From an uncultured Planctomycetaceae bacterium (GTDB lineage: Bacteria; Planctomycetota; Planctomycetia; Planctomycetales; Planctomycetaceae), in NCBI GenBank assembly GCA_963976765.1, contig CAXBME010000003.1:310001-374000 (forward strand): a stretch of DNA of 64,000 bases, written 5' to 3'. The position numbers were made by a program, and so were the translations under genes. Shown piece after piece: positions 1 to 10,491 of the stretch. Position 1 is the stretch's first letter. Every line of letters begins with the position of its first letter. The notes beneath the pieces were generated by a model. It worked only from the letters and a program-made list of their open reading frames with translations, ran no database searches and had not been told where the DNA came from.

Positions 1-2
1 CG

Positions 3-1445
<1,443 letters not shown>

Positions 1446-1481
1446 TTCGAATTCCGGCGGAACCCAATGAAAGGCCCGAAG

Positions 1482-1877
1482 ATGCGACTGCGAGTGCTTT
1501 TGCCGGCAAATGTGCTGCTCGACGAAACGGTGACAAAGATTGTTGCCGAAGCCATCGACGGTTCGTTCTGCCTGCTGCCAAAGCATCGCGATTTCGTCAC
1601 ATCACTGGTGCCAGGCATCCTGTCGTTTCTTCACGAATCCGGAGCCGAGTCTTTTGTCGCTGTGAGCGAAGGCGTGCTGACGAAGTCCGGCGATGAGGTG
1701 CTCATTTCCACCCGCCGAGCGAGCCGGAGTGAACGACTCGACGAACTGCAACAGGTTGTGCAGAACCTGTTTCAGACTCTCGATGATCGAGAACGTGTTG
1801 CGCAGGCGGTCATGGCTCGCCTCGAAGCCGACTTCATGCGACGGTTGCTGGCTCTCGAAGAGGAACCGCATGTCTGA
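1482..1877 (+). CDS. atpC: N-ATPase subunit epsilon
   Basis: MRLRVLLP...AEAIDGSFCLLPKHRDFVTSLVPGIL beta-sandwich followed by a C-terminal helical hairpin; directly follows atpD. Confidence 0.92.
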   Translation: MRLRVLLPANVLLDETVTKIVAEAIDGSFCLLPKHRDFVTSLVPGILSFLHESGAESFVAVSEGVLTKSGDEVLISTRRASRSERLDELQQVVQNLFQTLDDRERVAQAVMARLEADFMRRLLALEEEPHV

Positions 1878-2277
1878 TAATGGCGTTCAAGACAATGCCG
1901 ATTCGAAACCGAACGAATCCATATCAGTCAATCGGCACGAAAGTCGCACTGAAATGGAACGGGCAATTGCTGAAAAACAGCTTCGACGCCTCCGGTCGCG
2001 CCAACTCAGTGCACAGACAGCCTGGTTTGGACTCGGCATGTTCGGCGTTATCGGCTGGTCGATATCAGTCCCGATGGTTGTCGGAATCGCGATTGGCTTA
2101 TGGGTCGACTCATGGTTTGAATCTCAACGGTCGTGGACGTTGATGCTCATGGTGCTGGGAATTGCTTTTGGTTGTGTGAATGCCTGGTCGTGGATTCATC
2201 GTGAGTCAATCGCGCGAGACCAGACCGACATGCGAAAACAGAACGAGGCAAACAAAGATCAGACGGGAACGATATGA
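1870..2277 (+). CDS. atpQ: N-ATPase AtpQ (ATPase_gene1/AtpZ-like) membrane protein
   Basis: WFGLGMFGVIGWSISVP...SWTLMLMVLG...GCVNAWSWI, two TM helices; ATG overlaps the atpC end; position matches the N-ATPase operon. Confidence 0.85.
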   Translation: MSDNGVQDNADSKPNESISVNRHESRTEMERAIAEKQLRRLRSRQLSAQTAWFGLGMFGVIGWSISVPMVVGIAIGLWVDSWFESQRSWTLMLMVLGIAFGCVNAWSWIHRESIARDQTDMRKQNEANKDQTGTI

Positions 2278-2585
2278 GTGACGTAAAGGCCACGTTGCTG
2301 CAAAGTGCTGCGGAACTGTCGACAGGGTTCGTTGTGGGAGTCCTGCTCGGTCTGACATTTTTCGGCGGACTGTGGTGGACGACGCAACGACTGATGAGCA
2401 GCCACTCCCCGGCACTGCTGATTTTCACAAGCCTGCTTCTACGAATGGGTGTGCTGGCTGTCGGGCTGTTCGCGATGACGCAGGTTGGCGCAGGTGCCGT
2501 GGTCGCGGCTGGTTGCGGTGCGTTGCTGGTTCGGTGCTGGATGATTCGCGTTGCTGGTCGACAGTCGACGGGAGCGCATCCATGA
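2274..2585 (+). CDS. atpR: N-ATPase AtpR subunit
   Basis: GLTFFGGLWWT...SLLLRM hydrophobic protein between atpQ and atpB, the hallmark gene of N-ATPases. Confidence 0.85.
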   Translation: MSDVKATLLQSAAELSTGFVVGVLLGLTFFGGLWWTTQRLMSSHSPALLIFTSLLLRMGVLAVGLFAMTQVGAGAVVAAGCGALLVRCWMIRVAGRQSTGAHP

Positions 2586-3268
2586 GCAATCCTGCGATGA
2601 ATCCAGATCAACCGCTATGGCAATGGGGGCCAATTGTTCTTAACGCCACGATACTCTGGACCTGGGCGGTGATGGGGGTGATGTCCTTCGGAGCGTGGCT
2701 CATTACGCGGGAGCGTTGCGAGCCACAAAGGCCATCTCGACGTCGGCTCTCTCTGGAAGTCGTCGTCACAGCACTGCAGAAGCAGATCCGCGACGTTAGC
2801 CAGCAGGAGTCGGGACCGTACCTGTCCTTCATCGGGACGTTGTTTCTGTTTATTGCCGTTGCGAATCTGCTGAGTATTGTGCCGGGCTATGTCTCACCAA
2901 CGTCGTCGCTGTCGACAACAGCTGCTCTGGCTGCGTGCGTGTTTCTGGCAGTTCCTCTGTACGGAATTCGGCGGCTCGGAACGGGGCGTTACCTGAACCA
3001 GTATCTACAGCCGTCCGTGTTCATGCTTCCGTTCAATGTGATCGGCGAGTTGTCCAGAACGCTCGCCCTGGCCGTTCGCCTCTACGGAAACATGATGAGT
3101 GGCGCCATGATCGGTGCAATGCTGCTGGCGTTCGCTCCGTTGTTTGTCCCGGTTGTTATGCAGTTGTTCGGGCTGCTCACGGGAACGATTCAGGCTTGGA
3201 TTTTCGCGATTCTGGCTATGGTTTACATCGCATCCGCAACTCAGGTTCACGAAAGTCGCGAGGTTTAG
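2582..3268 (+). CDS. atpB: N-ATPase F0 subunit a
   Basis: FNVIGELSRTLALAVRLYGNM with the essential Arg, and IQAWIFAILAMVYI; ATGA overlap with atpR. Confidence 0.95.
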   Translation: MSNPAMNPDQPLWQWGPIVLNATILWTWAVMGVMSFGAWLITRERCEPQRPSRRRLSLEVVVTALQKQIRDVSQQESGPYLSFIGTLFLFIAVANLLSIVPGYVSPTSSLSTTAALAACVFLAVPLYGIRRLGTGRYLNQYLQPSVFMLPFNVIGELSRTLALAVRLYGNMMSGAMIGAMLLAFAPLFVPVVMQLFGLLTGTIQAWIFAILAMVYIASATQVHESREV

Positions 3269-3270
3269 TC

Positions 3271-3543
3271 ATGTCCGATTCCGCAGTCATTGCCGTTGCT
3301 TCCATTCTGGGAGCGGCGTTTTCCATCAGCATCGGATCAATTGGCCCGGCACTGGGAGAAGCCCGGGCGCTTGCCCAGGCACTCGCCGCAATCGCCCAGC
3401 AGCCGGACGAAGCTAACACGATAACGCGCACCCTGTTCGTTGGAATGGCGATGGTCGAGTCGACGGCAATCTACTGCTTCGTCGTCGCGATGATTCTGAT
3501 TTTCGCCAATCCATTCTGGGATGCAGTGACAGTTACTCCTTAA
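3271..3543 (+). CDS. atpE: N-ATPase F0 subunit c (Na+-type ligands)
   Basis: GPALGE...AQQPDE...MVESTAIY hairpin proteolipid. Confidence 0.96.
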   Translation: MSDSAVIAVASILGAAFSISIGSIGPALGEARALAQALAAIAQQPDEANTITRTLFVGMAMVESTAIYCFVVAMILIFANPFWDAVTVTP

Positions 3544-3637
3544 GGGAACCTCTAACAGAAGCCGAGCAACGCTCATCACTTCGGCCAGTGAAGTTAGCGT
3601 TGATCCGCATCTGTGAACGGTGCTTCACCCGAAAACA

Positions 3638-4447
3638 ATGAATATCGACTGGTTCACATTCGCGGCTCAGATCATCAACTTCCTGATTCTGCTCGCTCTG
3701 CTGAAGCGGTTTCTTTATGGACCGATTCTGAAGGGGATTGCTGAACGGGAGGCTGAGGTCGCCTCACGCTTCGAACGTGCAGAAATTGAACGATCCGCTG
3801 CGGAAGCCGCAAAGCTCGACTTCGATGCCCGCACGGAAGAACTCACACACGCCAGACAAAGGATGCTGGCCGAGGCGACTGGCGAAGTCGAGCAGTGGAA
3901 ACGTGAGCAGATCTCCAATGCGAGGGAGGAAGTTGCAAATGCACGAGCCGACTGGTTCCATCAACTAGGCCGCGAAAGGCAACAGCTCCAGGACCGGCTT
4001 CTTGAACAGTACCGGATGCACGCGCTGAAGCTGGCTGACGGTGTGGTCAGGTGTCTCGCCGATGCGGAAAGCCAGTCAGTCATCGTCGGCGCCTTCATCA
4101 GAAACTTTCAGAAATCAAAAGTGTCACCCCGTCTCGCGACAACAGATCAGCCCAACGGTCTGGACCAGGCCGTCATCGTTCGCTCCGCCTTCGAACTGAC
4201 GGACTCCCAGCAGACGGACATCCAGGAAGTCCTGATCGCCTCGGGCGTTGATCCGGCAACCATTCAGTTTCGTCGAGACGAGTCACTGATCTGCGGTATC
4301 GAAGTTCGCACGGAACATCACGAAGTCTCATGGAATGCGCGGGAGTCGTTGACGTTTCTTGCCGGTGAGTTCAACCGCGATCTGGATGAACTGCTCGCTT
4401 TGCCGCACGATTTGATCGCGGATGCGGAGCCGGCACATGCCAGGTAA
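3638..4447 (+). CDS. atpF: N-ATPase subunit b with C-terminal delta-like region
   Basis: [30 protein letters not shown] anchor, coiled coil, and C-terminal VRSAFEL...LICGIEV delta-like segment. Confidence 0.92.
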   Translation: MNIDWFTFAAQIINFLILLALLKRFLYGPILKGIAEREAEVASRFERAEIERSAAEAAKLDFDARTEELTHARQRMLAEATGEVEQWKREQISNAREEVANARADWFHQLGRERQQLQDRLLEQYRMHALKLADGVVRCLADAESQSVIVGAFIRNFQKSKVSPRLATTDQPNGLDQAVIVRSAFELTDSQQTDIQEVLIASGVDPATIQFRRDESLICGIEVRTEHHEVSWNARESLTFLAGEFNRDLDELLALPHDLIADAEPAHAR

Positions 4448-6005
4448 ATCTGCCTCAACCAACCTTCCGGTTAACCTTGAGACCGACAAACTGAATCAAG
4501 CTGTCGACGTCTGCCTGTCGCGCCTGCAGGCTCACGTGCAGTCTCTACTCCCCGTTGAAGTCGGCACCGTGACGTCCGTTTCGCGAGGGGTCGTGCGTCT
4601 GTCCGGTCTACCGCAAATCGCCTCAGAAGAGCTGGTGCGTTTTCCGCACGAACAATTCGGCATGGCGTTCAATCTGGATGAGCGCGAAGTCGGCGTCATT
4701 CTGCTGGATGATTCAGGCAATCTGCATGCGGGAGCCGATGCGCGACGTACGGGGCGAGTTTTAGACGTGCCGGTCGGCAATGAATTGATTGGTCGCGTGA
4801 TTGATCCACTCGGACGCCCACTGGACGAACTTGGCCCGGTCAACACAAAGCAGCGATTGCCGTGCGAGCGTGATGCCCGACCGATTATCCAGCGTGCCCC
4901 GGTGACCACTCCGTTGCAGACGGGAATCAAAGTCATCGACGCACTGATTCCCATCGGGCGCGGGCAGCGTGAATTGATTCTCGGAGACCGCCAGACCGGT
5001 AAGACGGCCATCGCTCTCGACACGATTGTGAATCAGAAATCACACGGAGTACTTTGTATCTACTGCTCGATCGGGCAGCAGAACAGTACCAACGCCAGAA
5101 TTATCAATGAACTGAAAATGCGCGGCGCGTTCGACTTCAGTCTGGCGATTGTTGCCGGCGCCGATTCTCCGCCGGGCCTGCAATTCATTGCCCCCTACGC
5201 AGCCACATCGATTGGTGAGTGGTTCATGGAACAGGGACGGGACGTGCTGGTTGTGTACGACGATTTGACGACGCACGCCCGTGCCTACCGGGAACTGTCA
5301 CTCCTTCTGCACCGTCCTCCCGGGCGAGAGGCGTTTCCCGGCGACATCTTTTATCTGCATTCTCGGTTGCTCGAACGGGCAACTCATTTACGGGATGAAT
5401 TCGGTGGTGGTTCGTTATCGGCGCTGCCCATTGCCGCGACCGAGGCGCAAAACGTTTCGGCATACGTTCCGACGAATCTGATCTCGATTACCGATGGGCA
5501 AATTTATTTGTCACCCCATTTGTTTCAAAAGGGTGTTCTGCCGGCCGTTGACGTTGGCCGTTCAGTTTCACGAGTCGGTGGCAAGGCTCAGTTTCCAGCC
5601 TATCGAGCCGTCAGTGGCAGCCTTCGCCTGGCCTATTCGCAGTTCGAAGAACTGGAGACCTTCTCTCGCTTCAGCAGCCGACTGGACCATGAAACCCGAA
5701 CAGCGCTCGAACGAGGTCGTCGCGTGCGTGAAGTCTTGAAGCAGCCTCAGTGGCAGACGCTACCCGTTCCCGAGCAGCTCGTCTCACTTCTGGCAGTCAG
5801 CAGCGGCCTGTGTGACAGCCTCTCGATCGACTCAATCAGCAAGGCCGAACAGGTCGCGCAGGCTGCGACTCGCGATGCTCTGCCCGAACTATGCGAAGCA
5901 ATCGCTGCCGGCAAACGGCTGTCGGAGGAAGATCGCACATCAATCGAGAATGTCATCAGGGCAGCGCTGGCTGAATTGACGACAGCGTCCGTTGAGGTGA
6001 AGTAA
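4437..6005 (+). CDS. atpA: N-ATPase subunit alpha
   Basis: [46 protein letters not shown]. Confidence 0.97.
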   Translation: MPGKSASTNLPVNLETDKLNQAVDVCLSRLQAHVQSLLPVEVGTVTSVSRGVVRLSGLPQIASEELVRFPHEQFGMAFNLDEREVGVILLDDSGNLHAGADARRTGRVLDVPVGNELIGRVIDPLGRPLDELGPVNTKQRLPCERDARPIIQRAPVTTPLQTGIKVIDALIPIGRGQRELILGDRQTGKTAIALDTIVNQKSHGVLCIYCSIGQQNSTNARIINELKMRGAFDFSLAIVAGADSPPGLQFIAPYAATSIGEWFMEQGRDVLVVYDDLTTHARAYRELSLLLHRPPGREAFPGDIFYLHSRLLERATHLRDEFGGGSLSALPIAATEAQNVSAYVPTNLISITDGQIYLSPHLFQKGVLPAVDVGRSVSRVGGKAQFPAYRAVSGSLRLAYSQFEELETFSRFSSRLDHETRTALERGRRVREVLKQPQWQTLPVPEQLVSLLAVSSGLCDSLSIDSISKAEQVAQAATRDALPELCEAIAAGKRLSEEDRTSIENVIRAALAELTTASVEVK

Positions 6006-6934
6006 TGCCAGTCACACTTGAAACTTTAAGCCGCCAGATCGACAGCGCCGAAGATCTGGGGTCGGTTGTCCGCACAATGAAGACACTTGCCGCCGTCAGC
6101 ATTCGGCAATACGAGGAAGCTGTCGAGTCTCTCCGCGATTATCGCCGGAACGTGGAAAATGGCCTGCGGATGCTGCTGTGGGATTCCCGCGCGTCCGATT
6201 TTCGCGACGAAAGTCAGGAGCATGAACTGGCTGTCGTGTTCGGTTCAGACCAGGGGATGTGCGGGCAATTCAACCAGCAGATTGTGGCATTCGTCGTCGA
6301 GCGTTTCTCGGGATTGGCCAATGACGATGCCGGAAACACAGCCGCAACAAGTCGCGAGACTCCTGTTCTCGTTGCTGTCGGGCATCGCTGCGCGTCGCTA
6401 CTCGAAGAAGCAGGTTTTCGTGTCGAAGCCAGTCTGCCGGAAGCTGGTTCCGCTGGAACAGTGATCGATTGTGTGCAGGACGTGCTGACGAAAATCGACT
6501 TGATTCGCCAGAAACGGGGAACCAACCGGGTGGCTCTGTATTTCTCGCAACGGGCGACCGCAACGCTGACCGAGCCGCATCGAACGCAAGTGTTGCCAGT
6601 AGAGTTGCGACGTTTCGCAGGACACTGGAGATCGCATCGCCAGACACGCTCACTACCAATGCACACCGTCGCAACCGGAGAATTGCTGATGTCGCTGCAG
6701 CGTGAGTACCTGTTCGTCTCACTGTTCCGAGCCTGTGCCGAATCGCTGTCCAGCGAAAACGCGGCGAGAATTCAGTCCATGCAATCAGCCGAACGCAATA
6801 TCACCGAACGGTTGACGGAACTCCGTTCCGAGTTCCACCAGTCTCGCCAGACATCCATCACTGAAGAACTGCTCGACGTCGTCAGTGGCTTCGAGGTGCT
6901 GCGGCGTAAGGGTCAGGACGCATCCGATTCCTGA
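6005..6934 (+). CDS. atpG: N-ATPase subunit gamma
   Basis: VRTMKTLAA, GSDQGMCGQFN, SENAARIQSM, RQTSITEELLDVVSG. Confidence 0.95.
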   Translation: MPVTLETLSRQIDSAEDLGSVVRTMKTLAAVSIRQYEEAVESLRDYRRNVENGLRMLLWDSRASDFRDESQEHELAVVFGSDQGMCGQFNQQIVAFVVERFSGLANDDAGNTAATSRETPVLVAVGHRCASLLEEAGFRVEASLPEAGSAGTVIDCVQDVLTKIDLIRQKRGTNRVALYFSQRATATLTEPHRTQVLPVELRRFAGHWRSHRQTRSLPMHTVATGELLMSLQREYLFVSLFRACAESLSSENAARIQSMQSAERNITERLTELRSEFHQSRQTSITEELLDVVSGFEVLRRKGQDASDS

Positions 6935-7914
6935 GCGACCGCCGGTTCGGGAAACTCGATTGGACACTGGAAGCCTTCCGGCTTGATGGCAAGTACGGAG
7001 CACGTCAGATGCGAGAAAACCCGTTCAGCCGTGTTTCCGATCAGAAGTCCAGAGATGCCAGAGCGGCCCTGAGTCCCCATGACAACAAGGTCCGTTGACA
7101 GTCGATTTACGGCATCCTGAATCACGGAATGGGGCCGACCGGTGGCGATATGCCGATGTGCCAGGTCAATCGCATCTTCAAGACCAGCGTCCGATAGCGA
7201 ATCCTTAAGGTCTCGCTGGGCGTCAGCCTGGATCCGTGCCCGGTACGCTTCCACTTCCGCGACGGGCACGACCAGATGATGCATCGCGGCTTCCAGATCG
7301 TGCTCGACGGCGTGCAGGACGTGCAGTTCCGCTCCAAATTGTCTGGCCAGCGAATAGGCCAGTTTCAGAGACTCCGCAGCTGTTTCTGAAAAGTCAGTGG
7401 GAGCCAGAATGGAGCGAACGACTCCGGCCTCGGCGGGCGATGTTACCCAGACGGGACAAGGGCACTTGCGAATGAGACGTCGCCCAGTATTACCCAGCAG
7501 AACGCGTCCAAGTGCGTGTTGCTGGTGGCTGCCAACGAGTACCAGGTCAAACTTTGACTCGACAACTTCCCGGATCAATTGGTACCACGGCTTCCCGCCT
7601 GTTCGAATTTCAGCGGCCTCAATCCCCGCCGACCGGGCTTCTTCGACCAGCCCTGCCATCCGCTCCGCAGCCTTGCCATTAAGACAGTCAATCAGATCCT
7701 GGTAACGCCTCATTTCCTCAAGATTCCGTGCGTCCGACGTGAGGTCAAGGCACGGCATCAGTGATGAAAGAAACGTTACCCTGGCCGATGTTCGAGCAGC
7801 CAGCCAGAGTGCCTTGTCGATTGCCGCACGCGTGCTCGCGGACAGCTCAATGTCGATCAGACTTTGCCCGTCGCACAGGTCGACGCCGACTAAAATGTTC
7901 TGAAAACGGTCCAC
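6913..7914 (-). CDS. Tandem-domain universal stress protein (UspE-like)
   Basis: Two USP domains: ILVGVD...LLGNTGRRLIRKCPCPVWV and ILAPTDFS...GRSGISGLLIGNTAERV. The 3' end overlaps atpG convergently by 22 bp. Confidence 0.92.
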   Translation of the reverse strand: MDRFQNILVGVDLCDGQSLIDIELSASTRAAIDKALWLAARTSARVTFLSSLMPCLDLTSDARNLEEMRRYQDLIDCLNGKAAERMAGLVEEARSAGIEAAEIRTGGKPWYQLIREVVESKFDLVLVGSHQQHALGRVLLGNTGRRLIRKCPCPVWVTSPAEAGVVRSILAPTDFSETAAESLKLAYSLARQFGAELHVLHAVEHDLEAAMHHLVVPVAEVEAYRARIQADAQRDLKDSLSDAGLEDAIDLAHRHIATGRPHSVIQDAVNRLSTDLVVMGTQGRSGISGLLIGNTAERVFSHLTCSVLAIKPEGFQCPIEFPEPAVAQESDAS

Positions 7915-7983
7915 GTTCGTTGCTCCGAGTTTTTTGCTCCGAAGAGTTATTCAATCCCTGTAATGGCAGAACCAACGTGTTCA

Positions 7984-7998
7984 GCAACGACCGTGCCA
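7984..7998 (-). promoter_or_regulatory. Sigma-54 -24/-12 promoter for the tandem USP gene
   Basis: Minus strand reads TGGCACGGTCGTTGC, a perfect TGGCAC-N5-TTGC about 70 bp upstream of the start. Confidence 0.8.
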
Positions 7999-8156
7999 CG
8001 TCCGAGAAGCCTGTCACACACTCGGATCCGAGGCTCCAGCGTGCGTATCTGCCCGCAGTGTGCAACACGGGCCGATCACCGGAAGTTTTGCCCCGAACCA
8101 GCCGATTCCTTTCGCTCTGAGCGGCTCTAAGCGGAAAAATACTCCAGTTATCAACA

Positions 8157-8171
8157 CGGCACACCGCTTGC
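8157..8171 (+). promoter_or_regulatory. Sigma-54 -24/-12 promoter for the beta-CASP-LOG / P-type ATPase operon
   Basis: CGGCACACCGCTTGC, about 80 bp upstream of the ATG at 8251. Confidence 0.78.
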
Positions 8172-8250
8172 TTCGTGCTTTGAGTGGCTCTTCGAATCAC
8201 GCAAACTGAAGAGCATCCGTATTCAACCGTAAGGTTCGCAGGGAGATGCC

Positions 8251-10491
8251 ATGAAGCTGACCTTCTTAGGGGCCAATCGGCAGGTGACGGGGTCGCGATA
8301 CTGCCTCGAAGCCAACGGTGCCCGCCTCATGATCGACTGCGGCCTTGTCCAGGAGCGAGCGTTTCAGGATCGAAACTGGGAACCTTGTTCCATCGATCCG
8401 AAATCGTTTGATGCGCTGCTGATCACGCACGCCCATATTGACCACATCGGGCTCGTACCGAAGTTTGTGAAAGACGGGTTCCGCTCCACAATCTATGCGA
8501 CGCATCCGACCGTCGCTCTGGCCGACGTGATGCTGCGGGATTCAGCGAAGATTCAGACGGAGGACGCTGAGTACAAGAGGCGGCGGCATCGGAAGGAAGG
8601 ACGTCGAGGCCGCCATCCGGAAGTGCCACTTTACGTGGTTGATGATGTCGTCAGAACGCTGCCGCTGTTTGAGGGCGTCGACTATCTCACCCCCGTTCGT
8701 ATCGCCGAAGGAATCACCGCGACGTGGCATGACGCGGGGCACATTCTGGGTTCGGCGATGATTGAAATCGCGGTTACGGAAAACGGTCAGACTCGAACGA
8801 TCGTTTTCTCTGGCGACATCGGGCAACCCGGCAAGCCGCTAATCAGCGATCCGTCGACGTTCAAACACGCCGACTACGTCATTATGGAGTCCACCTATGG
8901 CGAGCGTGACCACGCCAGAGACGGCAACATTGAAGATCAATTGGAGGTGATCATCCGGGAAACGGTTGGTCGCGGCGGCAATGTGGTGATCCCCGTTTTT
9001 GCGGTCGAGCGTGCTCAGGAATTGATGTACTACATCAGCCGACTGGTTCATGCCAATCGAATTCCCGACATCCCCATCTTCCTCGACAGCCCGATGGCTT
9101 CGGACGTGACGAACATTTTTCGAAAACATCGCCACTGGCTGGACGACGAGACTCGCGAGCTGATCAGTTCCAAAGAGCCACCGCTGCAGTTTCCCGGTTT
9201 GAAGATCACTCGATCGACCGAAGAATCAATCAGCATCAACCGAATCATCACACCGTGCATCATCATGGCGCCGGCCGGGATGTGTAATGCCGGGAGGATC
9301 AAACATCACCTGCGGCTGAACATTGGACGCGACGAGTCCACCATTCTGTTTGTCGGTCATCAGGCCAAAGGCACTTTGGGCCGACGAATCCTCGACGGCG
9401 AGCGTGAAGTGAGAATTCTTGGTCGAACACGGCGCGTCTATGCGAAGATCCATAGTATCGACGGGCTGTCGGCCCACGCCGATCGGAGCGGACTGATCAA
9501 CTGGCTGAGCCATCTGGAAACTCCCCCGCGCCGACTGTTTCTGACACATGGTGAAGAAGACGCCTCGCTGGCTCTGGCGCGAACAATTCGCGATCGACTT
9601 GGTTGGGAAGCGACCGTTCCGGAGTACTCTTCCGTTGTGGACCTCGATGACGAACCGGTGGCTCGAACGGTGCAGATTGCCAAACCCCATCCGGTGGCAG
9701 GCACAGCACTGTCCGCCACTGAGCCTGCAGCAACGGCTGCGTGTTCGCCCACGGCCGACTTTGAATTCTTTGACAGCTCGATTCGCCCCGGTACCGGCTT
9801 TCTGCACGAAGATCCCTGGCGGGTGTTTCGCATGCAGAGCGACACTATTCAGGGCATCGATGTCATGGCACGAGCCCTTGAAGGAACGAGGCGGTCGGTG
9901 GCCGTCTTTGGAAGTGCCCGGCTGGCGGAAGACGATCCGGTGTACCAACTCACGCGAGAGACGTGTCGTCGACTCGGTGAATGCGGCTTTGCCACAATCA
10001 CCGGAGGCGGGCCAGGCGTCATGGAAGCGGCAAACCGAGGCGCTCGTGATGCGCATGCACTCTCAATCGGCTTGAACATTGACCTGCCGCACGAACAACG
10101 GCTCAACCCGTACTGCGATGTCAGCTACACCTGCCGCTACTTTTTTGTTCGAAAGATGCTGTTCGCGAAGTATGCGCGTGCGTTCGTCATCTTTGCCGGT
10201 GGGTACGGCACGATGGACGAACTGTTCGAAGCCCTCACGCTGATTCAAACCGAGCGGCTTGCAGGCTTCCCCGTAATTCTGGTTGGCAGTGACTACTGGA
10301 ACCCGCTCGTGCACTGGCTCAGAGCGACGATGTACTCGCACGGCTGCATTTCTGAGACAGACTTAAGCCGGTTCGTCGTACTGGACTCACCAGAAGAAGT
10401 CGTCACGATGCTTGAGACGTGCATTGGTACCAACGGTCATTCGGCTCCGGAAGCTGCTGACTCTTCACTGAGGGAAACGACAGAAGCATGA
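8251..10491 (+). CDS. MBL-fold beta-CASP ribonuclease fused to a C-terminal LOG-family (TIGR00730-like) nucleotide nucleosidase
   Basis: N-terminal THAHIDH, AGHILGS, FSGD, MESTYG, LSAHAD, THGE. After an Ala/Pro linker: VFGSAR, TGGGPGVME, FFVRK, GGYGTMDE. One continuous ORF. Confidence 0.9.
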   Translation: MKLTFLGANRQVTGSRYCLEANGARLMIDCGLVQERAFQDRNWEPCSIDPKSFDALLITHAHIDHIGLVPKFVKDGFRSTIYATHPTVALADVMLRDSAKIQTEDAEYKRRRHRKEGRRGRHPEVPLYVVDDVVRTLPLFEGVDYLTPVRIAEGITATWHDAGHILGSAMIEIAVTENGQTRTIVFSGDIGQPGKPLISDPSTFKHADYVIMESTYGERDHARDGNIEDQLEVIIRETVGRGGNVVIPVFAVERAQELMYYISRLVHANRIPDIPIFLDSPMASDVTNIFRKHRHWLDDETRELISSKEPPLQFPGLKITRSTEESISINRIITPCIIMAPAGMCNAGRIKHHLRLNIGRDESTILFVGHQAKGTLGRRILDGEREVRILGRTRRVYAKIHSIDGLSAHADRSGLINWLSHLETPPRRLFLTHGEEDASLALARTIRDRLGWEATVPEYSSVVDLDDEPVARTVQIAKPHPVAGTALSATEPAATAACSPTADFEFFDSSIRPGTGFLHEDPWRVFRMQSDTIQGIDVMARALEGTRRSVAVFGSARLAEDDPVYQLTRETCRRLGECGFATITGGGPGVMEAANRGARDAHALSIGLNIDLPHEQRLNPYCDVSYTCRYFFVRKMLFAKYARAFVIFAGGYGTMDELFEALTLIQTERLAGFPVILVGSDYWNPLVHWLRATMYSHGCISETDLSRFVVLDSPEEVVTMLETCIGTNGHSAPEAADSSLRETTEA

